Below are positions 25,491 through 39,189 of a DNA stretch of 64,000 nt, in pieces. A model generated the notes under the pieces. The model searched no databases, was not told the origin of the DNA, and was given only the letters and a program-made list of their open reading frames with translations. Every line of letters begins with the position of its first letter. Positions within the stretch are counted from its first letter, which is position 1. The DNA is from Vicugna vicugna (Eukaryota), in assembly GCA_013265495.1 (NCBI GenBank), contig MU058037.1:621498-685497 (forward strand), in the 5' to 3' direction. A program made the translations under genes and the position numbers.

Positions 25491-25899
25491 AAGAACAAAT
25501 TCAGTGCTGTAGCATTACAGCAGACTAAGTGCTCTGAAGGATTATAGAGTATTCAAATATAGGGTAGAACATACACTACTGGGCTTAAAGAAGGTAGGAG
25601 AGTACTCCAGTAAGACCTCTTACCCAAAAAGAGATTTGAAGTGTGATCTGGGAGTATGAAATGGAGGAAAGCTGGAAAAGGGAGAGCTCCTGAGTATGCA
25701 TGATTATGGTTGTGCTTTCTGTGTGGGTACTATGTGCTTTGGTCCAGAAGGAAGGTAGGGAAACTAACGGTGGAACTCTGTACTAAGCTGAATTTTAAAG
25801 GGAAGTAAAAGCAGATCCTTCTTGATAGTGGTCATCGGTCATTAGCAGCAACAAAAGCATATCCTCTTTGGGGAAAATATTCTTAATTTAGGCAGCACT

Positions 25900-28800
25900 T
25901 TCACACAGTAGTATCAAGCGATGACCTCACAATCAAATAGCACCAATGAATAAAGAAGAAAACTGCAGTTAATAAAGATGAGGAGAAACAACCACCGTAC
26001 ATTGAGTCCCAAAATTACTGCTATGCAGATAGGACACATAATATAGAACTGTTATGTTTGAAATGATTTTTTTAAAGGAAACATTTGCAAACAACCAGAG
26101 GCCATTGGGAGTAGACTGGAAATTTTTGTAAATGAAATTAAAACTTGTAGAAATAAAAAATATAACTAATAGAATAAAAATGTGATGATATATTCGTAAA
26201 GTAGAATGCCATTAAGCTATGAAAATGCATGAACTACAGGTACATCAACAATTTGCCTTTCTTGATTCTATTTATTTCTTCTGAAATCCTGACCAGGATG
26301 TGAGTTTCCCAGGAGTGATGGAAAATGTGAATCCTCAGATACAGAAAACACAATGAATCTCAAGCACAATAAATAAAACAGACTCATGCCAAGGCACATT
26401 GTAGAGAACGTGCAGAATATCAAAGATAAAAATATATTTAAAAAAATCCTCCCAGAAGTAGGAAATCCTTACTGCCCACAAAGGAAAGACGATTAGATTC
26501 ATAGCAGACTACCAAATAGCAAGATCAACCAGAAAGAGTGCTTAGAGAAAATAAATCACAACCTAGAATTGTGTACTCAGAGAACAATCTGTACAATGAA
26601 ATGAAGATATTTGAAGATCAACATAAACTATGATACTTTTACCACTAATGACTTTTGCTAAGGGAATTTCTAAAGGATGCTCTTTAGGCAGAGGTAATAT
26701 TATCACAGAAGGACAATCTGAGCAAATAAGAAGATAAAAAAAATAAACCCAAGAATAATCTATATAATAGTAACAATAATAACAGAATTACAGTATTAGA
26801 AAAAAAAACCAGCATTTAATTTTGGAAGGTTGTATTCAGAGTTAATTTATTCCAAGGTCTTTATATTTCTTGTTCAAGGTTAAGATATTGTTTAACTTAG
26901 TCATTGTTTAGATAAATATGCATGATAAAATTTCAAGGGTGAACATAAAAGAATAGAAATATAATTAGCAGAACAGTAAAGACAGAAAGTGCAATGGGAA
27001 AAAAAAAATCCTAAACCCAGAGTTGAAAGAGAAGAATAAAAAGAATCTTCAAAAGCATGATAAATAGAAATTTTAAAGTAAAATAATATATATATATCTT
27101 AATATATATATTAAATAAAAATAAATTAACTTAAATAAGTTAACTTAGCAGTCTTAATAAATTAACTTACCAGTCTCTGAAAAACAGATTGTCATATTGG
27201 GTAAAAATGGAAAAAAAAATCAATTGTCTCTATGGTCTTTATAATAGTCACACCAAAAGCATGTGATACAGAAGATAGAAAAGTAAAGTAAGAGAGAAAA
27301 ATAGACTAGGTAGATCCTGACTGAAAGGAAAAGAATTCTGGGGTCATTGTACTCATATCTGACCCAAAAGACTTTAAGACCTAAATCCTATTAGAAATAA
27401 AGAAGGTCACTACATAAAGTTGAAAAAAATTTAATTCATCAGGAAAATAATATAATTCTAAACTTGCATGAACCTGATATATATATGTCAAAATTGGTAA
27501 GGCAAAAAGTTGACAGAATTACCCGGGGAAATTGATATATTCACCATTGAATACTTAGTAGAAAATTTTAACACACCTTTCTCAATAAAGTCAAAAATTT
27601 TAAACATCAAATATAATGAAAGGAAAAGAAAACTGGAAGCAACCCAAATATCCATTTAATAGTAAGACTGAGAAAAAAGTGTGGTAAGATCATGAAATAG
27701 AACACTGTACAGCTATGACAGCTATGAAAATAAATGAGCTATAGCTATACCAACAGTATGCATAAATCTCACAAACATAGTGATGAGCAAAAGAAAACAA
27801 ACATAAAATACTATATACGGTATGATTCCATTATGTAAAGTACAAAGATTGTAGTTCAAGAAGTCAGCTTTTAAATTTAATAATGAGCTCTGTCAGTCTA
27901 GGGTGAGCTTTCCATTCCAGATATCAAGACTTATTTAAATCTCTTATAATTAAGACAATGTGGTAGTGGATTGAATTAAAACAAATTGACCGGTAAATTA
28001 GAATAGAAAACCAAGAAATGTGCATGAATATATAGAACTTTGTGTGACAGATGTGATCTTGCTGGGGAATAGAAGAAGACTCTTAGGTAAACAGTACCAG
28101 GAACAACTGATTATCCATATAGAAAATTTAAAGCAATTGGATAGATCCTTAAATTGCAAAATTCACAAAAATCAATTCCAGAAGTTTTACAGACTCAAAT
28201 GTGCCATGGAAAACTAAAACTTCTAGAAGAAAATATAGGAAAATCTTTCTGACCTCTTTCAAGGAGATTTTTTTTTTAAGACACAAAAAGTCCTGAGCAT
28301 AAAACCAGGTGTTTGTAAATTTAACTGCTTTGTAGTTATTCATCAAAACATACTGGAAAGAAAGGGAAATGAAGTCACTGAGTGAAGCTATTTGTAAAGC
28401 ATGTAACTAACAAAGGATTAGTGTCCAGAATATGTGAAAAATACAAATGAATAAGAAAAAAGATAACTAAATAGAAAATTGGGATAAATATAGAAAACAG
28501 GCACTTCACCAAAAAATGAATTATCTATAACCAATAAACAGGTGAAAAGATTCATAAATCTTTTACTAATGTAAATGCAAATTCAAAGTGAAATAACATA
28601 GCACTACATACCCACCAGAATGGCAAAATATTAAGCAGCTTGGCAGAGGATGTATATCAACAGGAACACTGTTATGCTCAGTTAGTGGGAGTGTAAATTA
28701 GAGCAACTTTGGAAAATAAATTTTCTTTCTCAAAGCAGGACATTCACATACCATATGACTAAACACTTTCATATCTAGGAATGTGATTTAGAAAAACTTG

Positions 28801-29320
28801 CACATTTTCACCAGGAGACCTGTATAGGAATTTTCATAGGTGTACTGTTTGTAGCGGTCCCAAACCAGAAACAATCCAAATGCGTAGAGATCAGAGGGTG
28901 AAAGAATATACATATAGATAAAAACACACTGTATACAATATCGTTCATTTTTTCACATGATGGAATATTATTCAGTAATGAAAAAGAATGGGCATAGCTA
29001 CATGCAGATACAGAAATTAATCTTAGAAACATAATATTGGTTAAACAAAAACATCAAGTCCCAAGAGAAACATACAGTATGATAGAAAAAAAAACTTTAA
29101 AACAAGAAAAATTAAGAAATGTGTTGTTGTTTGGGCATATATAAATATGTGATAAAACTATTACAGAAAAAACAAAGGAATGATAAAATTCAGAATAGTA
29201 TTCATAGGGAGATGGAGCTGGGGAAAAAGCACATAGGTAGATGCAGTGTATGTGTATGGGTAATGAGCTATTTCTTAAATGTTAGATATATTATGATTTG
29301 CAATATATTATCTTATATTA
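25900..29320 (+). mobile_element. Patchwork of old L1M/L1ME fragments (ORF1, endonuclease, ORF2 3' and UTR)
   Basis: ORF1-like GAATCCTCAGATACAGAAAACACAATGAATCTCAAGCA; EN-like ATAAAGAAGGTCACTACATAA...AATTCATCAGGAAAAT; ORF2 3'-like AACAAAGGATTAGTGTCCAGAATAT and ACTACATACCCACCAGAATGGC. Confidence 0.75.
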
Positions 29321-29959
29321 ACATTGCAAAGAGAATATGGGAAAATAGAATTCCAACAAATGATATCAGAAAATAAAGCAACAGGAAAATAGAGTTGGAA
29401 TATAAAATAGAGTGAGTTAGAATCTCAAATATAAGAAATCCTATACCATTGCTTGGAAAAGGCCATCAATTTGGATGTAAACTTCTTAGCAATTGAGGTG
29501 AAGAGGGAGTAATTGATGACATGGGTCACGAGATTCATGAAACCAGATTTTGAAAGAGAAAGAACTATTCCTGGCATTGCACATCTGTTCTTGACATTGG
29601 AACTAAAGATTTACTTTGCTCCAAAAACTAAACTATATAAGACTATAACAAATACATTCCTGAGATCCCAGCTCCCAGCATATATTTCCCTAATTTCTCT
29701 GCACAGTCACAGAATCAGGCTTTAGGTCGTCTCAGACTGCAGTGCCTCAGAAGGAAGAATGCAGTGGAGCTTTTAGGAAAGCTGATCCTGCTTCTGGCTG
29801 AACCCTCAGGTTCCTCTATTCCTCTCAGTTAATATTCTGAAAATCCATGTGCACCTTTCAGATGACTTAGCTAGGTAAACGGTAATAGAACTGGGAGGCA
29901 ACTACCCTGGGAACATTCCTGTTTGAACTCCAGCTAATAAACTCATAAGGCATGATAGT

Positions 29960-30850
29960 ATTAGAAATCACAATTGTGCAATTCCTAATAAAATGCAAGA
30001 TCCATCTATGGCTGCTAAAATTGTTAAGTGAAACATAGATGAGGAAACTTAAAATTAATGGATGGACTGAAAACACCTGAACCCCCTGATCCACCCTACC
30101 ATCACTAAAAGGGGGGCCGTCAGTCTTTATGTGTCTCCTGAAGGGATGCAATGGGAAGTAATACAGCACTCTTGAAACATCCTTGGCCAAAAAGAAAGTG
30201 AAGGGAGGGGACTAAATTTAATCATGCCTCTACATCTAATTTCCAGTTTGCAGGAAATACAAAAGATGGAGGAACATGTTAAATGATACCAGGATGATAA
30301 AATCCAGAACATAGTTAAATCTACAGGGGGAAATGGCCTGCATTCTTTAACAAATTAGTTTCATGAAATATATTTTTAGAAAGGAGTGAAGGAACTGTTA
30401 TAAAATAAAAGAGGCTTAAGAGATATAAAACCCAAATACAATGTGTGGGCCATGTTGAGATCCTAATTTGAGTAAATCAGCTGTAAAAAGACAGACAGTT
30501 TGGAGCCAATTATGGGATTTGAATGTGGATCAAATATTAGATGACATTTAGAAATTATTGTTAATTTTAGTAGGGTTATAATTATATCGAGGATATGTTT
30601 TAAAAAAATTCTTACTAAAATGAATCGAATTTCCTATATGTAAATTATATCTTCATAATTTTTTCAAAAAGCTAATTTTGGAAGAGTTGTCTGTTAGAGA
30701 AATATACATCTCATGTTTTCAGCTTGCTCCACAATATTCAAGTAGAAAAGAAACGAGGGTACAGATAGACAGAATTGGCACAGTGTATCTAAATATTGAA
30801 GCTGGATCATGGGTACTTTTGTGTATGTTTCTAAATTGTCATGATAAAAA
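29960..30850 (+). mobile_element. L1MC/L1ME4-like 3' UTR
   Basis: GATGCAATGGGAAGTAATACAGCA...GAGGAACATGTTAAATGA...GTATGTTTCTAAATTGTCATGATAAAAA. Confidence 0.7.
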
Positions 30851-32229
30851 TAGTAGAAAAATAAGTACAAGAAAGCACATCGTATTAGTCGAATGCCAAC
30901 CCAGCACTTCTAAACCTAATGCTCTTTATAGTAACTATCTTTAAGAACTTGAACTAACAGCAGGCAGACTTGTTAAATGTATAATACATCCGGACTTCCA
31001 GGACCTTACAAACGGCTTGGGAAGATAAGGATCATCCTCAGATAACTCTAATGCAAGGTACCTTGCCAGCTACCCGGAGATTTAGATCTGTTTCATATGG
31101 AAGTCCTCTGGTTATCAGCACATGCATAGGGATGCCTGGACTCTGGGACATGAATGACTGTAGGTGGCAAGGGTGTCTCCCCTCCTGCTGAAGTGCTGGG
31201 CAGTTTGGGTGAGTAGAAAAATAGGCCCATGCTTTAATATCTAAAAGGAATCTACCAAATAATTGCCCTAAGTCTGCATTAGACCCAATGTAGTCCCCAT
31301 GTCTATTGTGCTGTAGATTAGTGAGAAGCATTTGCTTAGCCTTTCTGTGCTAAGAGCAGACCTGCATGTGTTAGTCCCTCCTCCAAGGGAAGAGTCAGCA
31401 GAACTTCTACAACGTAGGGGAGAGTTTGTTTTATCAACAACCTGAAGGACTAAGTATGGATAGGGGTGACAGTACTCCAGTGTATGTCTTAGAACTGATG
31501 GTTTGGGTTTGGGTGCCGGTGAAATTGGTGGCAATGAGATGTGTATGTGTTGGTGTGTTTTCTGCTACGTGAAAAAAAAAAGTAGACAAGATGTTTTGTC
31601 ATCTCTTGGAGATAACAGGAGCAGTAGTGGTGCTGATAGCAAGAATACAACAGTGGCACTGGAAAGGGGACGGGAAAAAACAAGGAGCTTGAGTGTTAGC
31701 TGGACGTAGGCGGAGGGGATGAGAGGAGGCTGGGCTACTTGAATTGTCTGTTAGGACACCTGTCCTAACAGAACCAAATTAGACAATTGATTCACTGAGG
31801 AAATAGCAAAAATAGGAAAATAAATGACCACACTGAGAAAAAAAATTAACCAAACCCTGACTAGGGACTGGGGATAGATGAGCATAGAGACACTCAAAGT
31901 GAGTCACTCTTCTTGGTGATATATAGAAACCAATGGGTAGAGAGCAGAAAGAGATTGAAAGAGCTTGATTCTTTGCCCATGAAAGACTTTTAGATAAGAC
32001 TACGGGAGCTAACCTCTGAGAAGCAGCTATCTTCCTGGAATAGGGATGTATTTAGATATTAAACTAACAGAAGGAAAGGAGGAACACTCTTTCCACTGTC
32101 ACATCTCCAAGATTTCATTTTATTGCAATGATATGTTTTACTTTTTAAGTATAAAAATGGCTTATGAAGTATAGCTTGAGCATCGGCGAAGTTTAAAGCA
32201 ACCAGAAATCACATCTTTGGGGGGAAATA

Positions 32230-32720
32230 ACAGAAAGGATTCATGGATCACAAAGAATTAGGATTGAATCTCGAAGTATAGTGTGGTGATGTGATAGCTG
32301 GAACCAAGAGAATGGATAGTTTCTCTGAAATAGAGAGCGTATGAAGAGAAGGCTGGAGATAGAGGGCTGAAAGGGCTGTATTTTGATGAATGTCCATTGA
32401 GGACAAGAAGGCGAGCAGGAAAAGAAGAGTGAGAAGGAAGGAGTAAAATGGGTAAGCATCATGTAGTATCATAGAAGCCAAAAATGAAAGAGATCTGTGG
32501 ATGGTTGGTAAATGATGCCTTAGGCCAAAAAAGGTCAAGAGCAGTGAGGAGGGAGGACTTCTCAATGACTGGCCAGCCTTTGACCTTGGAGGTGCATGTC
32601 CATGGTTCTGTTGTTTGGTTGATATTGTTATTGTACTGGATTCCCAGGCAGTGTTGGTTAATTGTCACTGGAAGACTACAGCTGGAGTACTTGCAAGTGG
32701 AGAGGAATAAGATGATGAAT
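32230..32720 (-). mobile_element. L2 fragment
   Basis: Purine-rich antisense L2 pattern (TCATAGAAGCCAA, AGGTCAAG, TGACCTTGGAG). Confidence 0.55.
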
Positions 32721-34372
32721 TGGATTTCTTTCCAGGTCGAGGAATAGAGCCTTGAGCCTAAAGTGTGAGACGCCCTCAGAGGGCATGAGAGACTGACCAT
32801 TGGCGGAAAGGGGCTCCTGGCACAGAAATTAAACAAATAATGTGTATGTGTTCTCTTTTGTATCTCCAAAGTAGGTCAGAAGGGCACTTCAGTTTTAGAC
32901 CCTCAGAATAAGCCTTTAAAAGCTACTAGAAATCTTGTGCTGTATATAGACTGCCAGGTAAAAATTTCCTGGTTAAAGAAAATGAAGTTACTTATTACTT
33001 ACTGAAGTTACTTATTACAGTAAAGTTACTTTCTCTGAAGTTATCCTCCTTCTTAACAGAGCCTGCCTGCAATGCAAAGATTGCCGAGAGCCAGGCTCTA
33101 TGTAAGACTCTTTAAAAAACGCATTGTTAACAACAGAACGTGTCTGTATGACAGTGAGGGAGGGATGCAGACTAAAAGCGTAGCTGGAGAATGTGCCAGA
33201 TCTCTGGAGATTTTCCATGATGCAGTCATCCCCAGGCTATAATCACCCTCACTGACCCCTGCATCCCACTGTGTTTCTTCTCACTCACGCCACTTTTCAT
33301 CAGCACCTTCCTGTTTAGCAGAGAGCCCCATTTCTGATACTTTGTGGGGGCTAATTATCTTCTGTTTATCTGTGCAGCCCTGCATTTGCCTTCTATTAGT
33401 CCAGAAACATAAATTCTGTAAATCCTTTTATATCTGGCTGCACCACCTAATTATTCCTCATTTGTTTTTATTCTCTCTCAATTTAGCATCATCTGCAAAG
33501 TTGGAAATCATGTTTTCATATCATAATTAGGGCTCTAAGAACCTCAGAGAAACTACCTGGCAAATACGCATGCCTTTGCTTTTCATTTTAATGGTGAATT
33601 TAAAAGTGAGAAAATAAATTAGGGCTGAAGGAAATAATAGACTGAAATGAAAGTTTCTGGAATATAGATGAGGATACGTGATAGAGCAACATGGGAAGAG
33701 AAACTTCCAGCATTAGAATGCAGAAGTCAGCCCCCAAAGTAAAGCCATCAAGTAGATAAGCAGTATTGTCTCTTTGCTGATGAAAATCACCTTTAGTTGT
33801 TCTACTCTGAGCTTTGGGGTATGCCAGGGGATGCACAATTTTGCTGATTGGATAAACACCTTTCCTTAAGTATGTAAAAGATTTACTTTTTTATAGAACA
33901 GCAATCTGGAGTACATTTAATAAAGATGTGTAATTTAAACTGACATGGCCACTAGTGAGAGGGAACAGAAAGAATCCATAGATCTAAAGGTCTAGGGGAA
34001 GAAGAAATGTGAACACAACAACCTGGTGAGGAAGTTCTTGAAATTATTATTGACATTCCTACAAACTCTCACCTTCTTGGAGCAGCCATTCCCATGAATC
34101 ATTTGCCTCTTCGTCTTCAGAACTTTCTTCAAGATTCATGTCAAGGATTTTCTGAAGTAGCTTCACCTGGCTCTAGGTCATCTAGAATTTTTTTCCGTAT
34201 GTGCATGTTCCCTTCTTTATTCTTCCTCCCTTAATAATTTCATCCCCATCCCTGTACTCTAAGATTTGAATTTGTACCTTTGAGCATTTTTGTATGTATT
34301 ATATATGTAAGCATGAGCACATGTACTTGTCCTACCTACTGCATTAGTTAAAAGTCTCAACAGCAGGGATGT

Positions 34373-34758
34373 TGTATCAGTCATGACAAACAAGGTTATG
34401 GTCTAGTAACAAACAATCCCCAAATAGCAACAGCTTCAAGGAACAATATTTATCACTCATATTTCATGTCTTTTGCAGCTCAGTGGTGGGAGGCTGGGGG
34501 ATCTCTGCTCGTCTTTTCTCACTGATCCAGGTTGATGGAGGATTCTAGATACTTGCTTCCTAATTCCAGAGGGAGGGGAAAAAAACTGGTGAACCATATC
34601 CTGACTTTTAAAGTTTCTTTCCATAAGAGATACATGTCATTCTGCTGACTACTGGCCAAAGAAACTCACACAGCCATGCCTGAGTTCAACAGGATGGGAA
34701 TGCTTGTCCTATAGGTAGGGGTTCTGAATATTTGTGAAGAATAATACAGTGGACTCCA
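34373..34758 (-). mobile_element. MLT1J/K-like MaLR solo LTR within an L2 3' end
   Basis: TGTATCAGTCA...GTAACAAACAATCCCCAAA...TGGCCAAAGAAACTCACACAGCCATGCCTGA...CA; flanks GATGT / GATGG. Confidence 0.75.
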
Positions 34759-35879
34759 GATGGTGCTTTTTGTCTTTATTATATCTTTTCATAGAACTAC
34801 TAAGAGTAGTTCTTTGCACACAGTAACCACCAGCATGTTAAAAAAATGCAGCTAAAATGGCTAAAGGAATAATTTGGATTTTTTAAAGCCATTACTACCT
34901 ATTTGACCCCAAAGTCTACCTGCCAATTCTTTTTGCCCACTAACATCACTCAGATTGTCCTGAACCATGTTACATTTCTGTGCAATTGGTAACAAATATA
35001 AAGAAACAAAGTGAAAAGTCTATGTGTACATTTGACCAAAAGTGATGATTCGATGAAGTTTGAAATCATTCTTCCCCCTTTTTAAAGAATCAAGCAAAAT
35101 AATTTTAATAAATTCAAACCATTGTATAGGTTGACCTTTGAACATTAGTATAGTGATTATCTTGATTCTATGTCATAAAAGTATAAAATGTTTAGATTTT
35201 CTTACCTGTAACTCTGTATCCCTAAGTGTTTTGTGCCTCGCTCTAGAAGGCCTCAAAATTGATTTCGACAGTCCGGCCAGCATCCTACCAGAGCTGCTGT
35301 CATCAGGAAATATTTTCACGAAGGGCGAGCTCGTTAGGGGAGGGAGAAGGAATAATACTAAGAATGTACTAGAGTATGTAAGAAAGTCACAGACCAGGCA
35401 GAGAACTGAAGACCGTTTGAGGGGTAACGTGAGCAGGCAAGACCTGTTTTCTTTTGTTTTAATTGGAAATGGCTTAAGTCAGAATTGGAAATGGTGGGAG
35501 ATAGTGGGGATTAGAAAGGAATAGAACATCGTACAATTTGAGTTTGCCTTATTTTGGGATGACTTTCCATTCTTTGACAGTGCTACATTACTTAATCCTC
35601 TGAACATGATGAGTTCAGTCTCATAATCAAATGCACTTTTGCTTAAAATGTTTAAAAGCTCTGGCATGGAAAACATGGGGATCTTATTTTGGAAATGTTG
35701 AAACCATTCAAAATACTAAGCCCTCAAGCAAAACTGTCGGGAAAGGCCTCTCATTTACCCCTTGTTCCCTACAAAATTTCCATCTCCAGCCTTGTCATAG
35801 CCCCACCACCTTGGGGTCCCTGGAGGGGGTGAGAAAACACACACTGCTTCTGAGAGTTCAGCTTCTGCCTTCACAACCA

Positions 35880-36065
35880 AGGGCACCTGCGAGGCTTGCG
35901 TCAGCCAGTGCGAGCTCCGGGCACAAAGGGAACCCGTGTGTCAGAACTGACATCTCCTGCGGCTTCTGCAGCCTTGGCTTTCAGCTGCCCATGATCACAA
36001 ACGACGGGACTGGCCATCCGAGGTTAGCACGCTGAGCTGGCTGCTGCTTCCTGTCTTTTGGAGGA
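35880..36065. promoter_or_regulatory. CpG-retaining putative enhancer/promoter patch
   Basis: 10 CpGs in 35890-36031, with motifs TTGCGTCA (ATF/CEBP-like), CACAAAGG (SOX/TCF-like) and CTTCCTG (ETS). Confidence 0.4.
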
Positions 36066-36217
36066 AAGGCATGAAAAACACAGCTTGGTTTCCCAAGTCC
36101 TTGCCATTAGGTAAAAAGCAGATGGATGCTTTCTGGAGAGATGCCAGAGCTTTCGTACTTAAAACCAAGAATACATACACACACGCACACACTCTTATTT
36201 TACTATTCCCACCCCAC

Positions 36218-36241
36218 CACACACACACACACACACACACA
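36218..36241. repeat. (CA)12 microsatellite
   Basis: Direct reading. Confidence 0.9.
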
Positions 36242-36416
36242 TTTGTGCTTAATCGTGTTTTAGGCATTTTACTTACTGAGATGTGTGAGGTTATGCAAGA
36301 TTTGAAAATAAGATCTAAACTTTTCAAAAATGTTTTATTTAGAAAGAACTTAGTAGTGGTGTTCTAGAAGCTTAATCTAATTTCCAAAAATAGCCAAATC
36401 CTTGACCATCTGTATA

Positions 36417-36600
36417 GAATCACACAACTTTAAAGTTGGAAGCAACCTTGGCAGTCATGTGATCTGATCCATCCATTATTCAGATAGGTCCAAGCCAAGG
36501 GGTAAGATGACTTGCTAAGGTTCACAGAAATTGGAAATAGGGTTAGTAGAGGAGCTCAGAACCCCTGACTTCTTGTGCTTGCTCCTTCTGCAACACAACA
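36417..36600 (-). mobile_element. MIR3/MIRc-like SINE
   Basis: AGTTGGAAGCAACCTTGG...GATGACTTGCTAAGGTTCACAG...AGAACCCCTGACTTC. Confidence 0.6.
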
Positions 36601-36830
36601 CTCAATATACCTATAAATATCTATTTACTTTGGAAATAACCTAGGAGTCTCTGAGAAGCAATCCTTACTTTAGGCTAATATTAAGAATTTTAGAAACAGA
36701 ACGTTCAAAAGGACCATTAGACCAATCTCACTGTGTATTCTTGAAGTTCACAACAGTGTCAAGAGGTGAACAAGAAGCATGTTGATTTCAGGGAAAGTTG
36801 ATTCGTCATAAAAAAGAACGCCGCAGATAG

Positions 36831-37073
36831 TTTTTTACAGCTTTATTGATACATATTTCATATACCATACAGTTCACCCATATAAAGTGTACAATTAAGT
36901 GGTTTTTAGTATAGTCACAGAGTTGTGCAGTCATCACTACAATTTAATTTTAAAATTGTCATTACCACCAAAGAAACCCCATACCCGCTAGAAGGAGTCA
37001 TTCCCCAATCCGCGCTTCTCCAGCCCCTGGCAGCCACCGATCTACTTTCTGTATCTATGCGTTTGCCTGTTCT
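36831..37073 (-). mobile_element. 5'-truncated L1MB 3' end
   Basis: ACAGCTTTATTGA...CAGCCCCTGGCAGCCACCGATCTACTTTCTG. TSD GCC(G/A)CAGATA at 36820-36829 and 37074-37083. Confidence 0.85.
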
Positions 37074-38514
37074 GCCACAGATAATTGAAAGATTGTGTGT
37101 GTGTTTCTATTTACAAAGACGCTTCCCTCCAGGCCTTGAGCTGCGGCTGCTGTAGAACAAAAAGAGACATTTATCAAGGCCAGTGCCATCCTGAACAGGC
37201 AGGGCCAGTGCAAGCCCCAAGGAGAGTTAAGCTGAGCGCCTAAGTGCCTGCAGAAACCGAGCGGGAACTGTAAGAGCTGCCTAGGAGACAGGACAGGCTG
37301 AACGTGAAGGAAACTTACGCAGAGACAGAAGTGGATCCCAGCAATCTACTGGGCCACCCGCAGGAGCAGGGAGCCTAAAAGAGTATCAAGTAAGAGAAAG
37401 GGGTCAAGAGTGTGTGCACTAAGATCTAGAAAAACACCACCAGACAAAGAAATATTATTAAAGCTTTTTATGCCCTCCTTCCCTTCCGGAAATATTTTAT
37501 TTAAAAATAATATTCATCATTACAAAAGCAGTATATATACACTAAAGAAAATTAGAGAATACAGATAAGCAAAAATAAGAAAACAAAGACATTTTATTTC
37601 TATAACCTAAATTATTACTCTTATCCTTTTTCTGCATAGCTTTCCAGAATAAAGTCTACCTATATCTCCTTATATCTATAGCTTCTCTTTACCAAAATTA
37701 GATCACACTGGACATGTTTGGTACCTTGCTTTTTTCTTTTAATGATCTCTGCCTTAACTTGTCAACAAGTTGCTCTCCTCTTGTTAAATTAGACCTTGAC
37801 ACCCACACCCCCATGAAAGGAAAGTACCCAGATAAAGAGCATTGGTGAAAAAAATAGGATTCAGGCCATCAACGCTGGGAGGGAGTTTTTGAAACGCTTT
37901 TAAAATATTGTCATGTTTACCACCGTAAAACAATCAGCATATTAAAGATAATGGACATCTGATCCCATCCTTGGGAAACTATGACTCTGGCTGGATCTCT
38001 CACTTGCATCAGGCTGAGGGGTGTGCTCAGTGGCCCGATGTCTAAGGCAGTCCTTACTGCAAACGTGTTCTCCCAAAACCAATGCTCTTCCTAAATAAAA
38101 GGGTTAGCCTTTTGTGGTGGTTGTTTCCCAGTGAAGTGTTAGAGTCCTTGGTTTGTCTCGCTGTGTTTCTTTGGAGAAGCAAAGATGTAGCTATGAACAG
38201 AGAATCTTCAGTTATTCTCCAGCAGTATACTGATAGAGGTTATTTCTCTTTTCAACAAATTCTAATAAATGCAATTTAAAAATTTTAGTAAGACGATCAT
38301 TTAACCTCCAAAATCATTCACCATTTGATTCCCCAAAGTAGTTTGCTACATATTTTAAGTGGTTAGAGTAGCAAAAATGTATTTGCCATTTTTTTCTCAG
38401 AAGCACACCTGTTAAATAAAGTGAGACATGAAATAGGAGCTGTAGATTTTATGGGGAAAAATGGGGTCATTTTAGGAAACAAGAGAAACATAGTAAGGTT
38501 GCATTAGGATGTGG

Positions 38515-38695
38515 TGTTGCTCCTTCTTACTAGCTGTGTAAACTTGACAAATGATATCATTTCTCTGAGGCTCGTTTTCCTTCTCTGTAAAAGAACCATG
38601 CAGATGCATACCTCTCAGCCTTGTTGTGAGGCATAAATGAGAAACTTCTGGAAAGAATGTGACATAGTGATTTGACACTGCTAAATATTAATAGT
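38515..38695 (+). mobile_element. MIR SINE
   Basis: CTTACTAGCTGTGTAAACTTGACAA...CTCTGAGGCTCGTTTTCCTTCTCTGTAAAA core. Confidence 0.8.
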
Positions 38696-38699
38696 ACCT

Positions 38700-38945
38700 G
38701 ACACTTCCATAATTCTTAATGTGTGCCAGGCACTCTTCTAAACACTTGACTTATACTGATTCATTTAATACAACAGTCCTACAAGGCAGGTATTATTATC
38801 ACTACCCCCATTTTACAGATGAGTAAACTGAGACTGAGAGAAGTTAGGTAATTTACCCAAGGTGACACAACTGGTATGTGGTAGAACCGAGATTTGAACC
38901 CAGGAGACATGGCTTCAGAATCAGTGCTCTTAATCCTTCCCCACC
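38700..38945 (-). mobile_element. MIR SINE, near full length
   Basis: CCCATTTTACAGATGAGTAAACTGAG...CCCAAGGTGACACA...GATTTGAACCCAGG. Confidence 0.9.
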
Positions 38946-39189
38946 TTGTTGTAGTAGCTCTGGTTTACCTTTTCCTTTCCTTTTCTTTATTTCTGTCATT
39001 TTTTCCTGTTGAACTATAGACATTTCTCTTATTATGCTACAATTATTTGTGGAATGTTTGCACAATGCCTGTGTGAGGTTATGTGAGGTCCCTGTTCTCG
39101 TTAAACTGACCCTATCGTTGATCTCAACTGCCTTTCCTTCACTGGATAGTAGATGTGTTCTTTTGATGACCTAAATTGGTTACTTTGAT

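Noticed and set aside
32985..33021. TGAAGTTACTTATTAC repeated twice
   Set aside because: Simple short tandem duplication; too few units for an array.
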